Shown piece after piece: positions 28,597 through 38,606 of a stretch of DNA of 64,000 nucleotides. Made by a program: the position numbers and the translations under genes. The DNA is from an uncultured virus (IMG/VR IMGVR_UViG_3300028591_000018) (Duplodnaviria > Heunggongvirae > Uroviricota > Caudoviricetes), in the IMG/VR virus record IMGVR_UViG_3300028591_000018; one strand, 5' to 3'. Below the pieces are notes generated by a model. The model searched no databases. It was given only the letters and a program-made list of their open reading frames with translations, and was not told the DNA's origin. Position 1 is the stretch's first letter. Each line of letters begins with the position of its first letter.

Positions 28597-29040
28597 CTAA
28601 TTTTTACCCCTTTTAATAATCTCAAACCGAACCGGACCAATTCCCTTAATTTGTTTGAGCTGATCATTTGAATACGCTACCAGCAAACGCAAGTTTGTAA
28701 TTCCGTTTGCGATAAGAATGTTGTATGCACGAATCGCTTCTCCTTTACGATCTTCTGGTGACCGCATGATCAGACGGTTCTTCAATTCCAACTTTCTCAT
28801 TTCAATAGTGTTGCGAAACAGAAGTTCTTTTCTGCGCAAATCTTCAAGAAATCGTACTTCGCTTTTACTAAGGCCGTACATACGATGATTGTAAGGCGGA
28901 GTCCATTCGATCAAATCGTCCATATCGGCGATACCGTATTTATAAGTTAAAACATAGAACATGTTTTGCCGACGACTTGGCGCGATTTCATAAGAATGAT
29001 CAATGTAGTACATAAGAGAAATAGAAGTCGATTCATTCAT
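28597..29040 (-). CDS. Protein with RNAP alpha-CTD/HhH-like domain
   Basis: IRAYNILIANGITNLRLL..DQLKQIKGIGPVRFEII. Confidence 0.65.
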   Translation of the reverse strand: MNESTSISLMYYIDHSYEIAPSRRQNMFYVLTYKYGIADMDDLIEWTPPYNHRMYGLSKSEVRFLEDLRRKELLFRNTIEMRKLELKNRLIMRSPEDRKGEAIRAYNILIANGITNLRLLVAYSNDQLKQIKGIGPVRFEIIKRGKN

Positions 29041-30544
29041 AGTCCCATCCTTTTACCAAAGCCAGTTTTTATCTACGATTACTTCTCTAACTTTGTAGAT
29101 CTTGTCGTCTATTATTCTTGTTTTTGGAATAAAATATTCGATTTCTTTACCGTCTTTTGTTGTTTTACGGCCATCTTTTTCCGGGTCGAATCCGTACATC
29201 TTCATATGATAGACATAATCTTCTTCTGTCAGGCAATGAATATTTTTACGGAAACCGTCATAATAAATTATTTGAATCATTATGCTTTTCATTTGGCAAG
29301 CCTTCTTCCAAGAATAGCAAACGGCAATACTACCATTGCTAATTCATCTACAGTGATGACGTTGTATCCTTCTGGCAAATATCCATCAACGTCGAGATAT
29401 ATACACACGCCAAATCCAACCGGATGGTACCATACGTTTGAATCATCGGATTCCTGAGTAAAATTTATTCTTTCCAGAACATCTTTTATTTCGTCGAATG
29501 AGGGTGTTCCTTGTTCAACGTAAATGGCATATCGAGCATATGAATACGCTGTATTATCGGCAAGATTAAAAAAGAGTATTTTCCAGAGCATGAATATCAA
29601 TCCCCCACATCTTTATAGCTAATGTTTAGATTATCCGTAACAATTCTTTCCTTGCGAATAAGTCTTGAATTAACCCATACCTCAATTTCAACAATGTAAT
29701 ATCCCGAATACGGAATGTATTCATCTTCGATGTGTTTGTATGAAATAATAGTACTGAGAGGACCGATGCTAACTTTTCTATTAGGCATAATATCGTTCAC
29801 GTTTGTTTCCTTTCTATCCACCCATTTCTGTATAATGATTCCACGGCATTTGAGATGCTCGATAGTCTTCTTCCCATCTTCTGGATATTGCATCATCATG
29901 AGCCTGTTTCATGCATCCATCTCTAAAGCCTTTTTGATATGCGAAATTTGTATTTTTCAGCATATTTCTGTACTCTTTAAGATATTCGAGCGCATCGGCT
30001 TCCCACGGTGTGGGCGAATACGGCGCCTCAAATATCACTTCATCCAGCGTCTTCATAAGCGCCTTCTTTCGTTCTGTAAATAAAGCTTCCAATTCTTTGC
30101 CACCGATCATTTCCTCTGATAGCATAATCTTCACCGTCCAAATTTTTTCGCACCGCTGTGATGATTTCCCAATGTCCTTTACAACCTCGATCTTTAATAT
30201 ACACAGGCTCGCCAATCATTTCGGCAAGCTGATGGAAATCAAGCGGAATGTAGTCAGGTGAATTTCCAAGTGGTGGCTCTTCACTAGTGGCTTTCATTTC
30301 TTCAAGTCTCCGAAGAACTTTCGTCCAGACATGATTCTCCTGATTATGTTCTTTATATGAATTATCCTTGTCAATATAATAAAAAGTATAGGTTTCGTAC
30401 TGCTTCAGCCATCCCATCTGCCAACAACGTAACAGGAAACTGTCGAGTACGGCCATTTCATCAGGAGCCATTTCAATATTTGTAGATTCAAGCAAATCTT
30501 TTTTGGCTTCTGCAATTACTTTATAGCGGTTATCTGTACAGGTA

Positions 30545-30850
30545 TCACTCATGGCCACCTCTCCACTTCACTCCACAGTTTGGGCAAAAATTCTCGTATT
30601 CTAATTCATGAAAAAATGTTGCACCGCATACGGTACACTGAGATACACAAAATCCAATGCATTCGCATTCCCCCGTTCGCTTACCCATAGCAGTATTCCA
30701 TGTTTTTGCAGCCTCTTCAAGTGTTTCGAAGATCGCTGTTTTCATTCCACATTCCTCACAGGAAATGTAATAACCTTCTGTTTTCATGTATCCAATCATA
30801 TGAGCATACGCTTCACTGCCACAACCGCATTTTGCAAGGTTTTCAATCAT
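30545..30850 (-). CDS. Lar-like (restriction alleviation family) Zn protein
   Basis: CGCG..YYISCEECG..EEAAKTWN plus a C-terminal FCPNCG ribbon. Confidence 0.6.
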   Translation of the reverse strand: MIENLAKCGCGSEAYAHMIGYMKTEGYYISCEECGMKTAIFETLEEAAKTWNTAMGKRTGECECIGFCVSQCTVCGATFFHELEYENFCPNCGVKWRGGHE

Positions 30851-31091
30851 ATTTTCACCATTCTATAGACTTTCCCTTCTCAAATTCCATCCATACTCGA
30901 TTGCGACGATCTTCAGATCATCGGTGATCAAATAGTCCTCGTCATCTGCAGGGGTCCAGTCACCAAAAATCCCGCGCTTAACTTTAATGGCCCTCCATAG
31001 GCCACGATCCTCGGGAGCCAATATCCCGGGATCACGGTAACGGAGGGCATAGTGTTCACCATTAATTAATACGATTCGTCCATACAAGGCT

Positions 31092-31565
31092 TTATCGCTC
31101 CTTGGGACGACCTTTGGTCCACTGCTTTCGTTTGGACGAAGGATACTTTGGCTTGTCACCGACTTCATAAAATTCAAAATAATCCATGGAATAGTCCATA
31201 GTTCCGCCTTTGGCAATAACTTTCGGAAGAGCTTCAAAAATCTCTTTCGCACTGAGCTGTTTGCTTTTCGCAGTCTTGGCAGGTTTGTACCAGGTATTGC
31301 AAAAATCCCTGGCTCGTTCCTCAGCCTGCTGGTAACCCATAGCTTTCACCAGAAGAGTTACCTGCCGGTCGCCTTTAAACTCAGTCACAGATACTTCCTG
31401 CACAGGAGGACAAACAGACTTATCCAGACAGGTATCCGGTCCGGACAGTCCAAGAGCTTCAGTCTTTGTTCGGTGAACCGGTCTCAGAATATTGGTAATT
31501 CCGTCATCCCAATAGTGATGAGGATCGTACTTTCCACTACAGACAACCGCAAAAAACATCGACAT
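31092..31565 (-). CDS. Hypothetical protein, paralogous to 26040-26354
   Basis: Shared WDDG(I/L)T and G.R.V...V.A...Q.AEE.A..(F/W)...(W/Y)Y pattern. Confidence 0.6.
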   Translation of the reverse strand: MSMFFAVVCSGKYDPHHYWDDGITNILRPVHRTKTEALGLSGPDTCLDKSVCPPVQEVSVTEFKGDRQVTLLVKAMGYQQAEERARDFCNTWYKPAKTAKSKQLSAKEIFEALPKVIAKGGTMDYSMDYFEFYEVGDKPKYPSSKRKQWTKGRPKER

Positions 31566-32659
31566 CTTAGCCCTCCTTGGTATTTTCGTTCATAATCTTG
31601 CTGATATGTCGGACAAAGTCCAACCGGGACGTCTCATTGACGATCTTGGCCATCTGGTCATACAGAAAACATGCATTCCCAAGAACCACAGTCTCACGAG
31701 TCAACCCCTTCGGATTGATGAAATATTCATAAAGCATATGGTAAAAACGCTCTATGGATTGTTTTTCAATAATAGCATTGCGCTTTTTATTTAAAATGTC
31801 TGAGTATTCATAAAGGTTGTCGATAATAGATTCGACATCCATATCAGACATAGCTTCATATCTGTCTCCCCAGCATTCATCTTCATTTTGTTCTTCGTAC
31901 TCTTCAATTTCATCCTGAAAAATTCCTTCAGGATCTGTAAAATCTTCATCAAGCCTTTCCAAATCCGATTGAAGATCCATAGCTTTATGACGAATTTCAG
32001 CAATAAGTTTTAAATACTCATCAAGAGAATCAATAGTAATTTCCATTTGTTTCCTATCCTTTTATTTTTAAAAGCAAGAGGAGAAGCGCGGAATACCCCA
32101 ACACTTCTCCTCACGATCAATCTTCCGATATCAAAGCACTATTATTTAATCCCCTTAAATAAATTAAAAGTTGCTGTAAGCGCTTTTAGCTGGAAGACAA
32201 ACTCAGCAATTATTCACCGTCGCTGATCTCAACTTCGACTTCTTCAATAACCGGTGTTTCCACCGGTGCAAAATATCCTGTATGAGTCGCATAAGAATAA
32301 ATCCCATAACCCAACACAGAAACTACAAAAAGGCCGGCAACGGCCAGAACAACACGTTTGAAAATTTTAGACATAGTTTTCTCCTATAAAATATAAATAG
32401 CCTGTAAAGGCTTTATTCAACCCAATCATCTGCTTCGTCATCCGACAAAACTTTTACATCAGTTTCATTTAATAATTTAGTGTACTTGTCACCCAATTTT
32501 TTAATATCATCCATTGCGTTACACAAGAACGAACCATCATCCAGAATAGCCGTACAAAGTACCATGAACATTTCTTTAATCCACAATGCTGTGAATACAA
32601 AAATCAGGATGAGACAATTAAACCAATTTGTAAAATATCTTTTCATTTCTTTCCTTTTA

Positions 32660-32770
32660 TACAAAAAAGACAGACAAGATCCACCCGCACCATATGGATC
32701 CTGTCTGCCAGAGGCTCACAAGGGTTATGGATTAAATTATTGGAAAGGAGGTTAGTTTGTAGTGCGGAGG
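32660..32770 (-). ncRNA. Candidate anti-SD small RNA ending in a terminator
   Basis: ORF-less gap containing AACCTCCTTTCC, followed by the GCAGACAGGATCCA/TGGATCTTGTCTGT stem and a T6 tract. Confidence 0.45.
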
Positions 32771-33079
32771 AAAATATCAAAGTTTAATCAGCTTTTGGAT
32801 CTCTCCAAGGATTTGTTCATCTTTGTTGATCACATCCGAACAAATCTTTAGCGTCTGAGCATCATGCTCAAGAATATCATTCATACGATTCAGGCTGTCT
32901 TTATATTTTTCTTCGAGTTCCGTTCGGAGCTCGTCCTGCATCGCTCGAATATTGCGGAGATCCTCATTGATCTTATGGTTGACGATCATACAAACAACCG
33001 CCAACCCCAAAATCCACGCAAAGAAAATAAAAAGGTAAAGTTCCATATCTACCATACTCCTCCTTATTTGTTGTACTCT

Positions 33080-33721
33080 TCATAAATACTTGTACTCTTC
33101 ATAAATACACTGAAGAATCGCCAAATTCTTCGGACCGCAGCGTTTCAGCGAGTCTAACGACTCATACGGCATATCAAGCAGATCCTTCAATGTTTTCAGT
33201 CCGGTTGCTTTCAGCATACGGCTGAACTGACTCTTTGTATGATAAGAAGTCATATCACCGAATCGCTGATCGTAAATATCAATCAAAAGGATCTCGTCTT
33301 TTGACTTGGCGACCATCTTGCTTAATTCTTCCGGAGTCGGCCCTACGATCTTATGAGAATATAAATCGTAGAGCTGTTTCTTGATGTCATCCAGATCGTT
33401 CAGGCATCGTCCCTGTGAATGCTGCAAATACCTTTGCATCCTTTCCAGTTCTTCCATTTTAGAAACAATATTTTCAGGAAGCGGATGTTTTTTAAGATGC
33501 AAAGCCATCGTTACATCAATTGAATCCTCCAAATTCTTCTTATGTTCTTCGAAAGAACTCCGGAGTTCATTGAGCCCTTCATTAAGAATATAAGTCTGGG
33601 CCGAAACATTCACCAGATTCGTATTGAGATCGTCAAACTTGCTTTCCAAAGCAGTCAGACGTTCTGCCAGGGATCCGATTTCAGTCTGAGAAACACCACC
33701 AAGAAATTCAACAAAAGACAT
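33080..33721 (-). CDS. Coiled-coil protein with C-terminal alpha-CTD/HhH-like domain
   Basis: RMLKATGLKTLKDLL..ESLDSLKRCGPKNLAIL; RBS AAAGGAGAAAAAATG. Confidence 0.6.
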   Translation of the reverse strand: MSFVEFLGGVSQTEIGSLAERLTALESKFDDLNTNLVNVSAQTYILNEGLNELRSSFEEHKKNLEDSIDVTMALHLKKHPLPENIVSKMEELERMQRYLQHSQGRCLNDLDDIKKQLYDLYSHKIVGPTPEELSKMVAKSKDEILLIDIYDQRFGDMTSYHTKSQFSRMLKATGLKTLKDLLDMPYESLDSLKRCGPKNLAILQCIYEEYKYL

Positions 33722-33734
33722 TTTTTCTCCTTTT

Positions 33735-34166
33735 TTATTCTTCGTCTTCGTCATTTGCACTTTCTTTAATATCATTAAAGAGTTTGCAGATTGCTGTAAC
33801 AGTCATAGGATGCAAGCCAAGGGCATCCACGATTTCATACATAACTTTCCCATGATCAAGCATATCCGCTGTATAAATCAGGGCCGATTCACAGAGGTCT
33901 TTGTCTTCTGTGTTGTAGCTGTTGTAATAGGCATACTCATCATGCCGTTCGCATTGAATAATTTTGTCGAAGAGTTTTCTCTTCATACTGTAATATTCGC
34001 GATCGTCCAACAGGCAGTAAGCCATTTTGGAAAATGATCCCTTTGACTGAATCTCCGTCATATCGACAGGAACAGGTTCAGAGATTTCACCAAGAGCAGA
34101 AAGAAAACTGCTGGTGTTCCGATAAGTCCGGCCGCAGGAGGCCTTCAGCAATGCACCTAATTTCAT
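33735..34166 (-). CDS. Hypothetical protein with C-terminal HTH-like segment
   Basis: MYEIVDALGLHPMTVTAI; AAAGGAG RBS before MKLGALL. Confidence 0.55.
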   Translation of the reverse strand: MKLGALLKASCGRTYRNTSSFLSALGEISEPVPVDMTEIQSKGSFSKMAYCLLDDREYYSMKRKLFDKIIQCERHDEYAYYNSYNTEDKDLCESALIYTADMLDHGKVMYEIVDALGLHPMTVTAICKLFNDIKESANDEDEE

Positions 34167-34219
34167 TTGTTTCTCCTTTAAAAAATAAAAGCCCGTGTGA
34201 ACGAGCTTTTTTGAAATCG

Positions 34220-34303
34220 AAAAAATAAAAGGAGAGTTTTGTTTCAACGGGTACTCTCCTAAACCCAAATCAATGAAGAGCGTACTAAAAGCTCTTCTCC
34301 ATC
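34220..34303 (-). ncRNA. ORF-less promoter-terminator unit (~85 nt)
   Basis: Promoter at 34302-34329, GAAGAGC/GCTCTTC hairpin, AGGAGAGT/ACTCTCCT terminator and T tract. Confidence 0.55.
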
Positions 34304-34329
34304 ACTATAGCACATGTTTTTTTCGCGAA
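34302..34329 (-). promoter_or_regulatory. Phage promoter motif copy 4
   Basis: TTCGCG-AAAAAAACATGTGC-TATAGT-G. Confidence 0.7.
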
Positions 34330-34862
34330 TTATTCGAAATACTTCCATCGCTCCGGATCAAGAATCATAAGAGGCTCGTTTCTGTCTGAATAATTCCATT
34401 GTTCGATGATCTCTTCCATGTCTTTCAAAGACAGTATCAGGACTTTCTCCAATGAATACTCCCGATCTACTATGTAATGACCTGTTTTGTATCCGGCTTT
34501 GCGGAACACAAACCAGGCTCCGGCCAAGCTGAATGCGCCGAAGAAAATATAAAAGAGTTTGCTCATGACTTGTTCTCCCACCAATCCGGTTTGACCATAA
34601 CGATGATATCATCATCTTCTTTATCATCATCTCTCATTTTTGTGGTGATGTTCTCAATATCTTCGATCGTCACATAGCGGATCTCACTTTCCCATTGTTC
34701 TGTGCTTCGCTCTTTTCCGTTTTTAAATCCTTGGAAAAAAGCAACAGCAGATGTTATTACGAAACCGATAATAAAAACAGCTTTCATACTTTTACTGCAT
34801 CACGCCTCCTTTGGAAAAATTAATAGGATGAGATTGCTCTCAATCCTATTATAATGTGGGTT

Positions 34863-35069
34863 TCAAACCCACTGGTCCGGGTTAACCACCCGGCGGGTGC
34901 CGGTCTTACCCCGGCGGATTTTAGCCCGCTTTTCAGCGGTTTGCATAATCATTTCGGCATTCTCTGAACGCCATTCATAATTACAAGAGCCGTCTGAATA
35001 GACGACTTTCGTGTACCCTTTTTCCGGTCCTCTTCGGACCAGTTGTTCAGATACAATTTTACGTTCCAT
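34863..35069 (-). CDS. Basic cassette gene
   Basis: 68-aa ORF with AGAAAGGAG RBS, own promoter and terminator. Confidence 0.7.
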   Translation of the reverse strand: MERKIVSEQLVRRGPEKGYTKVVYSDGSCNYEWRSENAEMIMQTAEKRAKIRRGKTGTRRVVNPDQWV

Positions 35070-35113
35070 TTTCTCCTTTCTTGAAGGTTACTCCCATTTC
35101 GCCTTCTTTTTCT

Positions 35114-35141
35114 CTATTAAAGGAGCTGCAAATTACGCGAA
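35114..35141 (-). promoter_or_regulatory. Phage promoter motif copy 5
   Basis: TTCGCG-TAATTTGCAGCTCC-TTTAAT-A. Confidence 0.7.
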
Positions 35142-35146
35142 ATTCG

Positions 35147-35278
35147 AAAAAATAAAAGGATACTCAGTTAATCCGTAATTCCCTCTTATACGAAAGTTCA
35201 CCCTGAACATTGGCAAACGATCATTCATCAATTGGATGTTCGGTCCTTTGATGCGTCCTTACAAATCTTCTTTTCTCC
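35147..35278 (-). ncRNA. ORF-less promoter-terminator unit (~130 nt)
   Basis: Follows the promoter at 35277-35304 and ends at TTTTATTTTTT; no convincing RBS-ORF. Confidence 0.45.
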
Positions 35279-35304
35279 AATTAAGGCATTGCGAATATTG
35301 CGAA
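35277..35304 (-). promoter_or_regulatory. Phage promoter motif copy 6
   Basis: TTCGCA-ATATTCGCAATGCC-TTAATT-G. Confidence 0.6.
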
Positions 35305-35323
35305 AAATTAAGAGCCCCAGCTC

Positions 35324-35452
35324 TTACCAGAGACTGGGGTCCAATCCTAAAAAATTCCATGCCTCGGGCCAGAACCCGAAGCAAACCAATGTGGCGTATA
35401 CCACCAAAAATACTAAAATGGCTTTCGCAAGCCATAAGTATACATTTTTCAT
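35324..35452 (-). CDS. 42-aa membrane peptide (not in ORF track)
   Basis: MKNVYLWLAKAILVFLVVYATLVCFGFWPEAWNFLGLDPSLW; AAAGGAG RBS; terminator overlaps the stop. Confidence 0.7.
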   Translation of the reverse strand: MKNVYLWLAKAILVFLVVYATLVCFGFWPEAWNFLGLDPSLW

Positions 35453-35496
35453 TTCTACTCCTTTTTAAAAATTTTGAGCAGATCATCCGTGTCTGC

Positions 35497-35524
35497 TCAT
35501 TAAAGGAGATGCGTATTCTGCGAT
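35497..35524 (-). promoter_or_regulatory. Phage promoter motif copy 7, with GAGCAG hairpin at 35476-35498
   Basis: ATCGCA-GAATACGCATCTCC-TTTAAT-GAGCAG. Confidence 0.7.
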
Positions 35525-35561
35525 TTTGGAAAAAATTTCGAGGGCTTGTTAGGCCCTCTTT

Positions 35562-35756
35562 TTATTGAAGAATATTCTCCGGGTTCGGAGTATATTCATT
35601 TTTGTTTTTCAATATAATAGCGACGTCACCATTATAGCGACGTCCCAACATCCGAGTGATGCCTCGAATTTGTTCCTCTGTCTTAGGGACAGAGGAGTAC
35701 AATTTGTATGTTTTAGAAGAACTCGTCTTCCAAAACATATAAAAATATCTTTTCAT
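35562..35756 (-). CDS. Cassette gene
   Basis: MKRYFYMFW...; AGGAGG RBS; own promoter and terminator. Confidence 0.7.
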   Translation of the reverse strand: MKRYFYMFWKTSSSKTYKLYSSVPKTEEQIRGITRMLGRRYNGDVAIILKNKNEYTPNPENILQ

Positions 35757-35804
35757 TTTTCCTCCTGGAGAGAATTTAGTTTTAGACTCTTCGTCTATTT
35801 CTCT

Positions 35805-35832
35805 CCATAAAAGAGGTTGCGGATATCGCGAT
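35805..35832 (-). promoter_or_regulatory. Phage promoter motif copy 8
   Basis: ATCGCG-ATATCCGCAACCTC-TTTTAT-G. Confidence 0.7.
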
Positions 35833-35901
35833 CGAAAAAAAAGAGGAGATGTTAATAGCAACATCTCCTTTAGAATGCAAGGCCATGCTTTTATCGCGTT
35901 T

Positions 35902-37080
35902 TTACACTTTCCCCTCCGCGAAGGATTTTTCATTGAAATTCTTTTTCAGCTTCAGCGCTTTAAGGATCGCCAGATCAATACTGCTGTGAGATTTCAGATG
36001 ATAGTAGTAAAGATCTTTAAACGGCGTGTTCAAGCGGTCAATTCGTCCCGACGACTGCAGCATGACTTTGTATGAATAGTTCTGACTGAAAAATATAATT
36101 GTGTCCGTCTCCGTACAGTTCCAGCCTTCGCATCCGGCTGTGTATTGAACCAGATAAACCCATTTCTCCGTGGTTGGGATCGGTTCATGTTTATGACCGT
36201 TCCATTCAGCAATGGAAATATCAACCCCGTAATTCAGCCCTTTCAGCAGCTCCAACTCATAATCAAAGTTGTAAAAGATAATCGCTTTGGGATGATCCTT
36301 TAAAATATTAATCACCTGTCTTCCACGGGTATCATCTGTATTTACGAGTCTTCTGAGACTGTAACACAGCTCTGCAGCGTTATCCATGGGCTTTTCTTTA
36401 TAGAGATCCCAGCGGGTGCGTACCAGACTTTTATACACCAAAGAATCAAACTCGCACCAAATATCAATGTGATGCTGAACCGCTTCCCGATGGAAGTCCA
36501 TTGTCACCAAAATATCTTTTCGATATTTGTTCAGCACCGCCAGACCCACGTAGTGATCGATTTTTGGGAACTTTGCAAATCTGGACCAAACAATATGCTT
36601 AGTTGTGAACTCAGACTTGTTTCTAAAGAAGCCATTGGCGATGAAGACAGGTATATAATCAGACCAGGTGTCTCCCGGCGTGGCCGAAAGAAGTATCCAT
36701 CGGTTATGTCTGGAGATACGGATGAAGGATTTTGCCCAGGTGCCATATCCCACAACTCTCTGCTCATCAAATATAAAGAAAGCATCTTCCACCTCACGAT
36801 AATCTTTGATCTTGTTCCAGGAATCGATAACCTTCGGTGAAATATCAAACGGTTCCAGTTCCTTTTCCCATTCCTGTGTATCCCGTTTCCGGGCAGTGGT
36901 GATGATATAAAGAGGCGGAGCTCCTTTCAGCTTTTTGGGCTTTTTCAGATCTCCGCCGTATTGTGTAAAATAATAGGCCAATGCCGTCCGGGATTTTCCG
37001 CTTCCGACTCCACCGCAGAGGATGCAGCCGTTTTTCATTCTCCGTACCGCATCCCGCTGGTAGTCGTAAAGTTCAATCAT
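35902..37080 (-). CDS. SF2 (SNF2/DEAD-like) helicase
   Basis: LYDYQ, GVGSGKS, FDEQ, LSATP, QSSGRIDR. Confidence 0.9.
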   Translation of the reverse strand: MIELYDYQRDAVRRMKNGCILCGGVGSGKSRTALAYYFTQYGGDLKKPKKLKGAPPLYIITTARKRDTQEWEKELEPFDISPKVIDSWNKIKDYREVEDAFFIFDEQRVVGYGTWAKSFIRISRHNRWILLSATPGDTWSDYIPVFIANGFFRNKSEFTTKHIVWSRFAKFPKIDHYVGLAVLNKYRKDILVTMDFHREAVQHHIDIWCEFDSLVYKSLVRTRWDLYKEKPMDNAAELCYSLRRLVNTDDTRGRQVINILKDHPKAIIFYNFDYELELLKGLNYGVDISIAEWNGHKHEPIPTTEKWVYLVQYTAGCEGWNCTETDTIIFFSQNYSYKVMLQSSGRIDRLNTPFKDLYYYHLKSHSSIDLAILKALKLKKNFNEKSFAEGKV

Positions 37081-37471
37081 AAAATATCAAACCTTTTCTT
37101 CTGGTCCATAATTAATAGGCTCATCAAGTTCTTTGATCCAATCGTAAAATGCAAATGGGATCAACATAAATAAAGGTGCAACAACAATGATTGCAATCAT
37201 AAACCACTCCAATCTTTTGTATTATCTATTAGCCAATCCTCATATATATTTTTTCGTGTTCCTCTCGTTTGCAAATCCCGGTACGAATCGACTAGTTCCA
37301 ACGTCATCGTACTATAGAAATTGAAATCGGAATGCGGATTCATATGCAAACAATCCAGAATGTACTGTGAAGCTTCCTGTAAACTATAAAAAGCTTTTAA
37401 CGGAACGTCCCTATAAGAATCCATAGAGTCATCTTCATTCGGCACATGTACACCGGACACGATATAAATCT

Positions 37472-37891
37472 TCATTTTTTCAACGCTCCTTCACCATATT
37501 GAATCTTCATTTTTCCGTGCTCATCACGAATATAATAATGAGTACGTTCGTCATTCTCATTAAACCAATAGAACTTGATCGGAACTTCCGGGTTATCTAA
37601 GAATATCTTTTTGATCGCCAGGTCCGGGCATTTGCTGTGTGACCAGAAGGACACTGAATCGCTCCCCGGGTTATATCCTGCATGAGAGACATTCTCCTGA
37701 GCACCCCAGTTGCGTAATGCCCATGCAATTGTTGCAACACGTTTAGATTGTGTGTTTTTGACAACCTTGTTTAGATCAAAGTTATATGGGCATCCATCTG
37801 TAAAATTATTATCTTTAACCATATATTGTTTAAGAATGTCAGGAGGAGCAATAAGATCACAAATAGTGTATATTATTTTTTTCTTTGTCAT
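37472..37891 (-). CDS. YubB/DUF1281-like protein (divergent)
   Basis: FDLNKVV..WALRNWG..IKKIFLDNP; similar to 39013-39684. Confidence 0.55.
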   Translation of the reverse strand: MTKKKIIYTICDLIAPPDILKQYMVKDNNFTDGCPYNFDLNKVVKNTQSKRVATIAWALRNWGAQENVSHAGYNPGSDSVSFWSHSKCPDLAIKKIFLDNPEVPIKFYWFNENDERTHYYIRDEHGKMKIQYGEGALKK

Positions 37892-37900
37892 TTATAAATA

Positions 37901-38455
37901 TCAATTATTCCCTTCTTCAAGATGGTATCCAAGATAATCAATCAAATCTACTCCACTCCATAAAATATCAAGAGGAATAGCATATTGATTATTAGATGCT
38001 AGATTAACACCAAGATAAGGATCAAGATGTGGCTCATCACCAGGAATATATCGTCCAAATTTGATGATAATTCCAGTAGATAAACTTAAACTTTTTAGTA
38101 CACAAAGTTGTTTCTTTATTTCATGAGGATAGTATCCGGTATAAATAATAATTGGATAAATCCTTGCGAAATATTTTTTTCGAAACAACAGAATAAGAGC
38201 CAACATTTCATCAAAGCTATCAAATGGCTCTAGTCCACCAAATATCAATGCTTCTGTAATTGGGTTGTTTTCAAAACGGTCAATAATTTCTGAAAGTGAA
38301 ATATCAATCATTTTAGCATTATAAAGTTCCGTATTTTGACAAACTATTTTCCCAGCATCATTATTGCATTTACCAGAACAATAAGGAAAGCCGAGGAATA
38401 ACCCCGGCTTCTTATAGTTCGTAAAATCTTCTTCAATTAGATTCACAAGTTTCAT
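37901..38455 (-). CDS. nrdG: Anaerobic RNR activating enzyme (radical SAM)
   Basis: CSGKC...CQN, GGLEPF, IYTGY, KFGRY, LASNNQ; nrdD lies nearby. Confidence 0.8.
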   Translation of the reverse strand: MKLVNLIEEDFTNYKKPGLFLGFPYCSGKCNNDAGKIVCQNTELYNAKMIDISLSEIIDRFENNPITEALIFGGLEPFDSFDEMLALILLFRKKYFARIYPIIIYTGYYPHEIKKQLCVLKSLSLSTGIIIKFGRYIPGDEPHLDPYLGVNLASNNQYAIPLDILWSGVDLIDYLGYHLEEGNN

Positions 38456-38606
38456 AAAGAGTTGTCCTTATAAGTTCAAAGTATTCATCTTTTGCACGAT
38501 GTTTATTAAAAGCTTTCAATTCTTTTTGTGCAGCCTCTTCATCCAGAAATGCCCCCATATATGTCATAATGTACATTCCCAGAATCTGTTTTCCATTATG
38601 GATTCA

